Positions 30,146 through 39,097 of a stretch of 64,000 nucleotides of DNA are shown in pieces. The stretch comes from an uncultured virus (IMG/VR IMGVR_UViG_3300025803_002109) (taxonomy: Duplodnaviria; Heunggongvirae; Uroviricota; Caudoviricetes). The notes beneath the pieces are model-generated. The model ran no database searches and was not told the DNA's origin. It saw nothing but the letters and a program-made list of their open reading frames with translations. The first letter of the stretch is position 1. Every line of letters starts with the position of its first letter. The translations under genes and the position numbers were made by a program. The DNA is taken from IMG/VR virus record IMGVR_UViG_3300025803_002109; one strand, given 5' to 3'.

Positions 30146-30580
30146 GTGATTAATATGTTCGGACACAGTGCTTGGGATACTACAGTTAAATATTCCGAGG
30201 GGAGATCTTCAAAAATAATTTCCAAAGGCTATAAAGCAGAAGGAGATGATATAATTGGAGGTTCTCCAGATAAGTCTTTAGAACGCCGACCAAAAGCCGG
30301 TTCCATTACTGACTGTCAAGTTAGTGAGTGGAGTGACTGGGAAGTTTCTAATGATGGTTGTATAGAGATTCGCACTCGTAAGGTTGTTAGAGAACCTACT
30401 TGTGGTGGAAAAGAATGTCCTATATTAGTAGAAGAAAGACCAGTTGGTGCAACTGACTCTGTTTGGGGTTGGAGTGAATGGACAGCAGATCCAAACGATC
30501 CTTGTTTCGAAATCCGAAAAAGAATTATGAGATCTCCTGCTACTTGTGGAGGAAATCCAAACGATCCTTTACTAAGTTGA
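30146..30580 (+). CDS. Protein with two thrombospondin type-1-like repeats (start probably 30155)
   Basis: CQVSEWSDW...C.EIRTR.V...P.CGGK.CP.L.EER; second copy WSEW...CFEIRKR...P.TCGG. Confidence 0.75.
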   Translation: MINMFGHSAWDTTVKYSEGRSSKIISKGYKAEGDDIIGGSPDKSLERRPKAGSITDCQVSEWSDWEVSNDGCIEIRTRKVVREPTCGGKECPILVEERPVGATDSVWGWSEWTADPNDPCFEIRKRIMRSPATCGGNPNDPLLS

Positions 30581-30589
30581 GGGAAAATT

Positions 30590-30748
30590 ATGGATTTTTA
30601 TGCAGAAGTTGATGAATCAATCCAACGCCGACCTTCTGGAGTTTGTGAAGACACGTCTGAATCTACTTTAGATATTTCTACTATTCTAAAAAGTCCTGTT
30701 ACTATTGTAGTCGGTCTAGGATTAGTAGGGTTCTTATTATTAGGTTGA
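30590..30748 (+). CDS. 52-aa tail-anchored protein (not in ORF track)
   Basis: MDFYAEVDESIQRRPSGVCED...PVTIVVGLGLVGFLLLG; same frame as both neighbours. Confidence 0.65.
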   Translation: MDFYAEVDESIQRRPSGVCEDTSESTLDISTILKSPVTIVVGLGLVGFLLLG

Positions 30749-30760
30749 GGATAGATTAAT

Positions 30761-31018
30761 ATGGAGAAGTGTATTAATTGGAGCGATTGGAAAGAAGATC
30801 CAAGAAATAATTGTTTTGAAACTAGATCTTGTTTAGAATTTGAGAAAGTAGAGGAAGATGATTCACTTTTAAGGAAATTGTTTTTTGCAGAATCGGATCC
30901 GAATTCTTCTAAAGATACTATAAAGAAAGTAACCTTTTCTACCGGAGCAATACCATTTGTATTGACAACAACCGCCTTGATCGGTGTATCCGCTTTATTA
31001 ATCGGTAAAATAAAGTAA
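30761..31018 (+). CDS. Tail-anchored protein with partial TSP1-like motif
   Basis: CINWSDWKEDP..NCFETRSC; C-terminal TM. Confidence 0.75.
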   Translation: MEKCINWSDWKEDPRNNCFETRSCLEFEKVEEDDSLLRKLFFAESDPNSSKDTIKKVTFSTGAIPFVLTTTALIGVSALLIGKIK

Positions 31019-31052
31019 CTATTAAGTAGGTAAATGCTATATCCTACAATCC

Positions 31053-31454
31053 ATGAGTTCTCCAAACGGCCTCACCTTTGATTGGGATGATGTGGGTCTT
31101 GAAGACAAAAAGGTTCAAGATGCTCTCTCATGGCTTAATTTTAATTTTGGCCAAGGAAATGTTTGGTATCGTCTTTCTTCTTCTGGAGATGGACTTCATA
31201 TTATTATTGCACGAATGATAGTTGATCCAAAAACTTTGAATAGATATATTGAACCAATTCCTATGGCTGCCGAAGATCAAATTAGTTATCGTAAGAAAAT
31301 GGCCACGGATCCTTGGAATCTAGAATGTCAAGGAAGATTTATTTCCGATGCGGCTCGAAAGTTAGGTGGCCGAAATACTTCTCGTATTTTTATCGTAAAA
31401 AATGGAAACATTTCTGGAGATTGGAATTGTTGGATTACTGAAACTATGGTGTAA
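31053..31454 (+). CDS. Small protein with archaeo-eukaryotic primase (AEP)-like motifs
   Basis: TFDWD (motif I, DxD) and RLSSSGDGLHII (motif II, SGxGxH); TTAAGTAG at 31022. Confidence 0.5.
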   Translation: MSSPNGLTFDWDDVGLEDKKVQDALSWLNFNFGQGNVWYRLSSSGDGLHIIIARMIVDPKTLNRYIEPIPMAAEDQISYRKKMATDPWNLECQGRFISDAARKLGGRNTSRIFIVKNGNISGDWNCWITETMV

Positions 31455-31456
31455 TC

Positions 31457-31633
31457 ATGCCTTCTATTCCAGAACCTGAATATCGTTGGCTTAAAATGAT
31501 GTTTGAGTATAAAATTCTAATGGGATATAAATATCAAATCGAAGATGAATTACCTACAATAGAAATTGAAGAGATTATGGATGCCGTAGAAAACAATTTA
31601 AGGCTTCAAGAATACTCCCCACAGAAGTATTAA
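31457..31633 (+). CDS. 58-aa hypothetical protein (not in ORF track)
   Basis: MPSIPEPEYRWLKMMFEYK...; fills the gap between two genes. Confidence 0.55.
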   Translation: MPSIPEPEYRWLKMMFEYKILMGYKYQIEDELPTIEIEEIMDAVENNLRLQEYSPQKY

Positions 31634-31658
31634 ATACAAAGAATCACAACTACACATT

Positions 31659-32081
31659 ATGAACCAAGAAGAAACACGATATTGGCCAAGAGTCGGACTA
31701 TACGTAACTCGGAAGACTGCTAATGAATTTATTTCTCGTATGGGAAATACTGGAAATGTTTTAGATGATGACCTCGAGGAGTTTGTGCAAAATACTACTC
31801 CAGACCCTCTGTATTTAACTGCGGAGGTTGAAGAATTATTTAATTCTGAATATGAGTCTCAAGATATCACTCCGGACAATAAAGCCATACTAGAATTGAT
31901 GCAATTCGAGTCGAAGAAAAAGGAATTTATTTTACAACACAAAGGAGATGGTATGACTTTACAAGAAGCCAAAGATGCTTACAAAGTGGAATTGGATAAA
32001 AAGGTTTTCAATGCATTGCCAGAATCATCTCAAAAAAGAGTTTTAGAACTAAAAGAAAAGAATGAAGCAGAAGAAGAATAA
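31659..32081 (+). CDS. Hypothetical helical protein
   Basis: TTAAATAC at 31630, 29 nt before ATG. Confidence 0.75.
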   Translation: MNQEETRYWPRVGLYVTRKTANEFISRMGNTGNVLDDDLEEFVQNTTPDPLYLTAEVEELFNSEYESQDITPDNKAILELMQFESKKKEFILQHKGDGMTLQEAKDAYKVELDKKVFNALPESSQKRVLELKEKNEAEEE

Positions 32082-32096
32082 TTTGGGGTTGATTAA

Positions 32097-32525
32097 TTGA
32101 GCGACTTCGACAAGAGACAACGGCCACTACCTTTAACAGAAACTTTAGTTTTTGATATCGTAGATTATTTATTGAAGCATGAAGGTTATGGATATTCTAC
32201 GCAGATCTCATCTTTTATGGTATCTCATAAACCCAGAAGATATACTTCTAGAGAAGTTGTAGGGATATTAAGAAATAGACCTATGTTTCGTCATGCACAA
32301 TCCAAAGATAGAAAAGGCGGTATTCGTTGGAGATTAGATTTACTACAATTAGAAAGATACTTAGCCCAAAAAGGATTCCAAGAAAGAGCCAATGAATTAG
32401 GTTTGTATGATAAGATGAGAGAATTAAAATTATCTCAGATCACTAATACTGTAATGGTATTAGAAGAAATGGATACTATGAATATTAATGAAGTTTACGA
32501 AAAAATTGCTACTTTGTGGAGTTAA
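32097..32525 (+). CDS. Winged-helix DNA-binding protein
   Basis: IVDYLL...YSTQI...YTSREVVGILR..PMF...IRWRL. Confidence 0.65.
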   Translation: MSDFDKRQRPLPLTETLVFDIVDYLLKHEGYGYSTQISSFMVSHKPRRYTSREVVGILRNRPMFRHAQSKDRKGGIRWRLDLLQLERYLAQKGFQERANELGLYDKMRELKLSQITNTVMVLEEMDTMNINEVYEKIATLWS

Positions 32526-32542
32526 GGTATGGTGGGATTTAC

Positions 32543-32665
32543 TTGGATATTGAAGAGTGGCATAAACAACATAGAGAAGTATCAGCACTTATTAGAACCG
32601 TAACTACTTTACTCAATGTGATTATTTCTGCGGCGGTCGCTGTGAAAGTATTTGATTTAATCTAA
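32543..32665 (+). CDS. 40-aa hydrophobic-tailed peptide (not in ORF track)
   Basis: TTG start after GGTGGGA; MDIEEWHKQHREVSALIRTVTTLLNVIISAAVAVKVFDLI. Confidence 0.45.
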   Translation: MDIEEWHKQHREVSALIRTVTTLLNVIISAAVAVKVFDLI

Positions 32666-32710
32666 TTTATCCATTTTTATCCGAAGTATCCCATTCTCTA
32701 TCCGAATCTA

Positions 32711-32718
32711 TTAAATAG
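32711..32718 (+). promoter_or_regulatory. Archaeal TATA box (representative of about 20 similar sites)
   Basis: TTAWATAG or TTAAGTA 29-30 nt before ATG at 7613, 9623, 19966, 29515, 31630, 32711, 49647, 50592, 54479, 58032, 59169, 62428, 63347 and others. Confidence 0.8.
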
Positions 32719-32739
32719 TAAGATGTAATAGGTGGAAGT

Positions 32740-33654
32740 ATGGTATTCTTCATTCGCCGTTATCTAAAAGGAGTTAAGAATTCCGGCACGAATGATATTC
32801 TAACTTCCGAAACCGAAATTAATACGGCTATGTTTTTACAGTTGGCCGAAATGACAGGTCCAGGAAAATATATTCTAGGTGAAAGAGGTCGTGGAATCCG
32901 TGGATTCAAAAAAATTACTGATACGATCATTACTCCGGCTGATGAATTAAAGGTTTTTGCAGCCGAAGGTGAAGAAATGGCTTCTGAAATCGTTGAAGCC
33001 GAAGAAGCAGTAGAAGCCGAAACTGAAGAAGCAGTAGTGGATTCTGGTTTGGATGCTGAAACTGTATCAAAAGCCTCTGCAGTATCAGAAACTCACCAAT
33101 CAGATTATCAATCCAATAAGTCTAATCCTCGAATTTCAATGAAATCATCTCGTTCCTTAGAATCTATGAGCGACAGTGAACTTTATGAAACTCTGGAAGC
33201 CATGACTAATACTCGTTTAGAAGCCGAAAATTTGGCTTCATTTCAAGCCGATATGAATAATATTATGGGTGAACTTCGTTCTCGTGGATCTATAGGAGCA
33301 GTAGATTCGAGTAAAGAAGCAGATAGTGATAAAGTCGTTATTGGAGCCGGTTTTAGTCCTATGAAAGCATTTGCTATCGGCACAGTAGCCGGTATTGGTA
33401 TCGGAGTAATCGGCACTATGACTTATTATAAGAGGCAACTCGATGACGTAACTGTAAAGATGTCGGAATTAGAAGCCTCTATTAGAGAGGCAGAGACTAC
33501 TATTCAATCTCAAGATCGCCGCATACAAAAATCAGAGGAAGACAAAAGCAAGGAAAAAACTAGGAAACCAAAACAAAAAGATCCATATGATCTAGATTTT
33601 CAATTCCTCAGTGACTTTCAAAGAAACCAAGGCGGTTCTCGATTTAGTCCATGA
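32740..33654 (+). CDS. Membrane protein with coiled coil and AE motifs
   Basis: TTAAATAG at 32711; TM AFAIGTVAGIGIGVIGTM then heptads. Confidence 0.8.
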   Translation: MVFFIRRYLKGVKNSGTNDILTSETEINTAMFLQLAEMTGPGKYILGERGRGIRGFKKITDTIITPADELKVFAAEGEEMASEIVEAEEAVEAETEEAVVDSGLDAETVSKASAVSETHQSDYQSNKSNPRISMKSSRSLESMSDSELYETLEAMTNTRLEAENLASFQADMNNIMGELRSRGSIGAVDSSKEADSDKVVIGAGFSPMKAFAIGTVAGIGIGVIGTMTYYKRQLDDVTVKMSELEASIREAETTIQSQDRRIQKSEEDKSKEKTRKPKQKDPYDLDFQFLSDFQRNQGGSRFSP

Positions 33655-33663
33655 GGTGAAAGT

Positions 33664-34239
33664 TTGAGTGATGATATAGAAAGTTCGGTTGAAGAAGAAG
33701 AAGAAGTCGTAGAGGAAATGTCTCCTCAATTGCTTAAACTACAAAATTTACTAGAGCAGAAGAAAACTCTTAATCGTTACAAAAATATATTAGAGTTAGA
33801 GAAAGAAGTTACTCTCAAAAGACAATTTTCTCGATTTATGGGAGTAATTGGAATTGATAATCAATCAGTAATCGAAGATTATTATCCTCGATTTAGAGAT
33901 ACTTTACGAGTAATGGACAAAGAGGAACTAACTACTAAAGAACGATTAATAGAAATAGTAGAATCTGATTTTCTTTTTGATATTATGCGTTTAAAAACTA
34001 CTAGTCGTGAAAGAGAATTACGTAGAGTAACTAAAGAACTAAGTAGATTTATGCATCAAGCCGCTTTAGACTCTGATGACGAAGATTCCATGTTCGTTCA
34101 AAAATTACTTTCTAATGCTTTGCACATGGTAGCCTCCGAAATAGAACCTAAAGAAAATCGTCAACCGAATCAACCTATGTTAGATGCTTGGGTCAAGGCT
34201 CTACGCCGAGGTATGGAAGAGTATTTAGATGATCTTTGA
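33664..34239 (+). CDS. Hypothetical helical protein
   Basis: GAGGTGA Shine-Dalgarno before TTG. Confidence 0.75.
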   Translation: MSDDIESSVEEEEEVVEEMSPQLLKLQNLLEQKKTLNRYKNILELEKEVTLKRQFSRFMGVIGIDNQSVIEDYYPRFRDTLRVMDKEELTTKERLIEIVESDFLFDIMRLKTTSRERELRRVTKELSRFMHQAALDSDDEDSMFVQKLLSNALHMVASEIEPKENRQPNQPMLDAWVKALRRGMEEYLDDL

Positions 34240-34296
34240 TAGAGTTGAGGTCACTAGATAAGAAGTAATAAATACTAATAGGAGACTAAGGATAGT

Positions 34297-35610
34297 ATGA
34301 GCGAGTTTGAAGACACAATTATCAAAGAATCGTCACTAGGTTCTACTCCAATGAACCCTCGTTCCAATAATAATTCTAACTCCTCTGAAGGAAAAAAGAG
34401 TGATACCAATTCCAAAAGTAATTCTAAGAAAAAGGCAAACAAATCTTTGATAGATTTAATTATGAAAGAGGGAGAAAATGCTTCCACTTTAGCCGACAAA
34501 TATAGCCTGGATCCAGAACTTACTCAAAAAGTTTTAGTCCCTCTGTTAAACTTTTTAGAAAAATACGAGATAGGTAATGAAGTTGCGAGTTCTCCTACGG
34601 CTCAAGGTCTAGGAGATTTGGCTAGTATTATCAGTGACGTGGCTCCAGTAATTCGTAATGCGGCCTCTTATTTTGAAGGACGTGCCACTAACTTATCTGT
34701 AGAAGATGAAGCCTTTTTGGCTAAAATTCGTGAAGCCCAAGAAGGTAATGCTGGAGGATTATTTTTAGATGATGATGGATCAATTTCTGAATTCGGAGAC
34801 TCGGGAATGTCATCAGAAATATCTTTTGGAGAATCTGTAGAAGACCCAGAAAGCCAGCACTTAGCGGAAGAAAATATTGGAAACTCCTACTATGATGGTC
34901 CAATTCCACTCGGAACTAATCCCTTTAAGGATGGCGTAGATTGGGCATCCGTGCTAGGTGCAGATCCTGCATTTTCAGACCGAAAATCAGTCGGCTATAC
35001 TTATACTGATATGATGCCTAGTTCTGATTTAATGGTTAAAGGTTTGGCTGACTTGGCTCGAGAAGCCGGATTAGATCCAGACAGAGTTGCCAGTTCCGAC
35101 ACTCAAAGTAAAATTAATGGAACTTCTTATTCTACTGATGCTTTCTCTGCTGGAGTAGCCCCTAACACTTCTGAAAATCTTTCTGAGATTCAATCTGCTA
35201 TGAAGAAAGAACAGGCAAGACAAGCCAGTCAATCGAAAGTTATATTTGGTAAAGAAGGATTAAAAACTCCAGAAAATATTACTACTTATGATCCCTTAAA
35301 TGTTCCCGGTTTCCAATCACCGCCGGTCTTGAAGACACGGTTAGAATCCGCTGAAGAAATTGCGAATCGTTCAGGTATAGATTTGAATGCTGTGGAAACC
35401 GTTGAAACTTTCGAAGAGTCAGAATCTGAAATAGTTTGGCTAACTGATGAAGAAGCCTCCGAACAAGGTTATGAAGAAATGGATATTGAAGATGAAACTG
35501 ATGACTTAGGATTAAGTCCTTTTACTTTTGACGGACCCTCTGTAGAACAATTTGAAGAAGTCAAAAAACAAATAGAATTTGGTGAGGCTTCTGATGATGG
35601 ACAAGAATAA
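34297..35610 (+). CDS. Acidic, largely low-complexity protein
   Basis: 437-aa ORF in an operon-like run. Confidence 0.8.
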   Translation: MSEFEDTIIKESSLGSTPMNPRSNNNSNSSEGKKSDTNSKSNSKKKANKSLIDLIMKEGENASTLADKYSLDPELTQKVLVPLLNFLEKYEIGNEVASSPTAQGLGDLASIISDVAPVIRNAASYFEGRATNLSVEDEAFLAKIREAQEGNAGGLFLDDDGSISEFGDSGMSSEISFGESVEDPESQHLAEENIGNSYYDGPIPLGTNPFKDGVDWASVLGADPAFSDRKSVGYTYTDMMPSSDLMVKGLADLAREAGLDPDRVASSDTQSKINGTSYSTDAFSAGVAPNTSENLSEIQSAMKKEQARQASQSKVIFGKEGLKTPENITTYDPLNVPGFQSPPVLKTRLESAEEIANRSGIDLNAVETVETFEESESEIVWLTDEEASEQGYEEMDIEDETDDLGLSPFTFDGPSVEQFEEVKKQIEFGEASDDGQE

Positions 35611-36016
35611 TACTTTGAATCCAGTTTGGGTTCGTTATACCTCATTGCACATAGAAGATTGGCTTCGTTGGATGCGAGGAGTTCATCTTCGCTCTTATGT
35701 AGAACTTACGGAGAGATTTATTGATTTAAATCCACACTACATCCCTACTGGCAAAGAAGAAAATTTATCTTTGCTGGATAACTTATTGATGGATCGAGAA
35801 TTCGTAGAAAGTTTATCAGACACTGGAATCAAAGTTTGGGCTGATTCTAGTTTGATTGAGTTCGTGCGTGTGTTAGAAATATATTCTGGAAGATACTCTG
35901 AGATCTCAATGGTAGTCAATTTATTCAAGCGACAAATTCGATGGCTAGATCGATTATATAGATTCGCTCGAGCAGAAATAATTCAAGACTTACGTGAAGC
36001 CGGACGAAAAATTTAG
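35579..36016 (+). CDS. Hypothetical helical protein (start probably 35594 or 35597)
   Basis: GGTGAGG precedes ATGATG; overlaps upstream stop. Confidence 0.7.
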   Translation: MVRLLMMDKNNTLNPVWVRYTSLHIEDWLRWMRGVHLRSYVELTERFIDLNPHYIPTGKEENLSLLDNLLMDREFVESLSDTGIKVWADSSLIEFVRVLEIYSGRYSEISMVVNLFKRQIRWLDRLYRFARAEIIQDLREAGRKI

Positions 36017-36081
36017 TCAATTAATGAAGATACTATCCTTTAAGGACAACCTTCATATAGTAGTTCACAGAACTTCATTGT

Positions 36082-39000
36082 ATGAGTTCCGCCGGTATCA
36101 TGTCTTTTACTAAAAATATGGCTATGATTACTAATATCATTTCTCAAGGAAATAGCAGACAAAAATTGAGTGATCAATTAAAAGGTCAGGCTCAAGTTAT
36201 CACAAGAATGCTAACTGACAATGCAATGGTAGAACCTAGTATTTTGAAGACCTTTATGGATGCTGATAAAGCCAACGGAGATACTAAATACGCAGATTAT
36301 ACAATCAAAAATATGTGGCAAGGAATTACGACTATCTCTTTGGATGGCGATAATTTTACTTCTAAAAAAATCACCTCTGTTCAATTCGGCCCATGGACCG
36401 GCAGTAACAAACCTACTTCTGGTAGCCGTTGGGCCTCCAACGGATTAAAAGGAGTATTGAGTAGTAATAGGAATCGACTTCAGTATTGTGTTCCTAAAGG
36501 ATGGAATACAAACATGTGGTCCCCCTTTGGATCTCAGGGGAGTAATACTGACGAAATTGGAAAAGCCGGTTTACAATATACTCTCTGGTATATATGGGGT
36601 GCTTGGTTTGATGAAGTTACTGAACAAGTAATGACTGCTATGATGACTAGTTCAACACCTATATTTAATAGTGATGGCGATTTAGATACCGTATCTTCTA
36701 ACTTTTCTCCAATATCTATTCGAGAATCACTTTCCGAATATATTAATAGAGTCTATCCTGCAATTTTAAGTCCAGCAGTAGTGTCAGAATTAGAAAACTT
36801 CTTTAATACTGGTGAAGCCACCAACAGCCGCACAGGAACATATAGACGAGGTAGTGCCGATGAAGAATTAGTTAATGGACCTCTGATTTTTACTAGACAA
36901 TTCCTATGTCAGTCCTATATAACTGGCGGTATGAATTCTGCGACTGATTATAAAGATGCTATCGGCCAAATGGCTATCAATAGTCCAGGAACATATCCCT
37001 ATTATTATTACCAATATCCAGAGACTACTATTATACAAACGATGGCTCAACCAAGTTCTCGTTTATCCGTTGCAGCCGGACCAGTAGAATATGCGAATCC
37101 TGCCAACACTAACACTCCTGCCACTATTTCTATTAAGGCAAACCAATATGGATTTCAAAATACGGGGGCTTCCCTAACGTGGCAAGCCATAGGTAATCCA
37201 GCACAGTTAATCGAGTTTACAGATAGGGCTGGTTCTGCCGTTGAAGTAATTCGCTCTCTAAGTCAATTTGGATCTGCGGGTAAAACTAGTGGCCGTATGC
37301 AAATTGGTAAATATGGTTCCGCTAAAACTAAAGCCACCTTCCCCTATGATGGAAATATTACTACGGAAGAAGGAACTCTAGATCAACTAGGTTATTGGAA
37401 TAATGGACTAAATGCGACTAATTTAGATTCAGTAATAGAATCTGTATATCAAACCAATATGCCTCAGATGAGTAATTTTGCTTCTGCCGCCGTAAATGTG
37501 TCTTCTGGACCTACGGGCAGTCCTGGCATGGCTCAACAACAAGGAGGCATGGGTGGTGCTACTGGAGGATCCAAGACATCAATTACTAAAGATTATCAAG
37601 ATTTAGAAGTTTATGGTGAAAGTTTACCCGGCAAACCTACTAGAACTTGGTCCCCTCGAGGAATTAAAACATACTTTTCAGAAGTCAGTGATAGAAATTC
37701 CATAAACATGAACAAAACTTGGTTAGTAATTAAAATGACTCCAGATCAAGATTCCTATAATAAAATTATGAAATCCTGGAATAAAACTAATATGGGTCAA
37801 TTGTCTACTGCAGCGAAGTCTAATGTAAAAACTCTTATTGCTCAATATCCAGAATATATCGAAATGGCTTTCAACCCTGGTAGTCCAATTTTAATACGCC
37901 GAGGTCCAAGAATGTTTGATACTAAAACCGGAACAGATGCCGTTCCTGCAGATACCGATTGGCTAGAATGGAAATGGTCCCGAGATCATCCTTCTACAGT
38001 TGTTTCTACCAGTTCATACTTTGAGTTTGTAGATGATGAAGATCCGCAATCAGGAATATATTATAACATTAAAACCCCTCTTGGAATAATAAAGATTCTA
38101 AACACTCCTGGCTCAAAACTAGCCGTTATACAAAATTGGTTTACTGAGGGAGGTATATCTATGCGTTCTTTATCTGAGGATTTATTGATTATTCCTTGGC
38201 AAATTAATAGTGGTAATCCTGATTTTAAACCTCACGCTTTAATAGATACTAAAGGAGTAGCCGTAGACTTTTATCAGCGATCTGCTGTGACTTATGAAGA
38301 GGCAGACTTAGAATTAGACTATCCCGATGCCTACACAATATTCTTAGATAAAGAGTCCATAGAAGTAGAATTTTTCAACGCCGATAAATTGGCCAAAAAA
38401 GATCCGATTTTGTTTGCTCCTATTGCTTGGAACAATAATACGGCTAGAGAGTTAGATTTAGATAAAGAATATTTGAAATTAGAATTATTAGTAGAGACTA
38501 ATACGGACACCTATACTGGATTCGATTATGCTTCCAAAGATTTCAAAACAGAAATGCTTTATTTCCCTGGAGATGAAAGATATCTTCAATTAGATGAAAT
38601 TACTTTTGGTAGTTCTGGAGAGATGACTAAGAAATCTATTGAACCTTCTAAAGTTGGATCCGGTCGATCAATATCATCTATAAAAGTTTCCTCTGATATG
38701 GATTTGGCTAAAATTGAATTCCGATCTGGAGAAGAAATAACTTTCCCAGATGCACTAAACAGATTCTTTTCTGCCGAAGAATATATCAATGGACAAACAT
38801 TGTCTGGAGTAGGAATTAAGATGACTATTGAAAAGTATAAGAAACCGATTACTAATAATAATGAACTAGTCGGTTCTCTAAAAATAAGTCGTTCTATTAA
38901 AAACATTCCAGTTTCATTTTATGGCCGTATGGCGGATCAAATTATTGCTACTGATGGTAAAGAAGAAGTAGAGTTAGTCGGTTCTGGTGGACTAATCTAT

Positions 39001-39093
39001 GAAGATGAAAGTGGAAATATGGTAGTTATATTACCTAGTCCGGATCCTAGCAAAGGCTTAGTAAAGTTTAAGTTGGTTTGGAAAGAAAAATAA
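36082..39093 (+). CDS. Large hypothetical protein heading the MoxR/vWA operon
   Basis: 1003 aa; TCATATAG at 36053; 4 nt from the next gene. Confidence 0.85.
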   Translation: MSSAGIMSFTKNMAMITNIISQGNSRQKLSDQLKGQAQVITRMLTDNAMVEPSILKTFMDADKANGDTKYADYTIKNMWQGITTISLDGDNFTSKKITSVQFGPWTGSNKPTSGSRWASNGLKGVLSSNRNRLQYCVPKGWNTNMWSPFGSQGSNTDEIGKAGLQYTLWYIWGAWFDEVTEQVMTAMMTSSTPIFNSDGDLDTVSSNFSPISIRESLSEYINRVYPAILSPAVVSELENFFNTGEATNSRTGTYRRGSADEELVNGPLIFTRQFLCQSYITGGMNSATDYKDAIGQMAINSPGTYPYYYYQYPETTIIQTMAQPSSRLSVAAGPVEYANPANTNTPATISIKANQYGFQNTGASLTWQAIGNPAQLIEFTDRAGSAVEVIRSLSQFGSAGKTSGRMQIGKYGSAKTKATFPYDGNITTEEGTLDQLGYWNNGLNATNLDSVIESVYQTNMPQMSNFASAAVNVSSGPTGSPGMAQQQGGMGGATGGSKTSITKDYQDLEVYGESLPGKPTRTWSPRGIKTYFSEVSDRNSINMNKTWLVIKMTPDQDSYNKIMKSWNKTNMGQLSTAAKSNVKTLIAQYPEYIEMAFNPGSPILIRRGPRMFDTKTGTDAVPADTDWLEWKWSRDHPSTVVSTSSYFEFVDDEDPQSGIYYNIKTPLGIIKILNTPGSKLAVIQNWFTEGGISMRSLSEDLLIIPWQINSGNPDFKPHALIDTKGVAVDFYQRSAVTYEEADLELDYPDAYTIFLDKESIEVEFFNADKLAKKDPILFAPIAWNNNTARELDLDKEYLKLELLVETNTDTYTGFDYASKDFKTEMLYFPGDERYLQLDEITFGSSGEMTKKSIEPSKVGSGRSISSIKVSSDMDLAKIEFRSGEEITFPDALNRFFSAEEYINGQTLSGVGIKMTIEKYKKPITNNNELVGSLKISRSIKNIPVSFYGRMADQIIATDGKEEVELVGSGGLIYEDESGNMVVILPSPDPSKGLVKFKLVWKEK

Positions 39094-39097
39094 GGAG

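Noticed and set aside
30598..31065. 155-aa minus-strand ORF and similar antisense ORFs (7889, 17866, 38586, 41299 and others)
   Set aside because: They overlap better-supported + strand genes and lack promoters or recognisable motifs.
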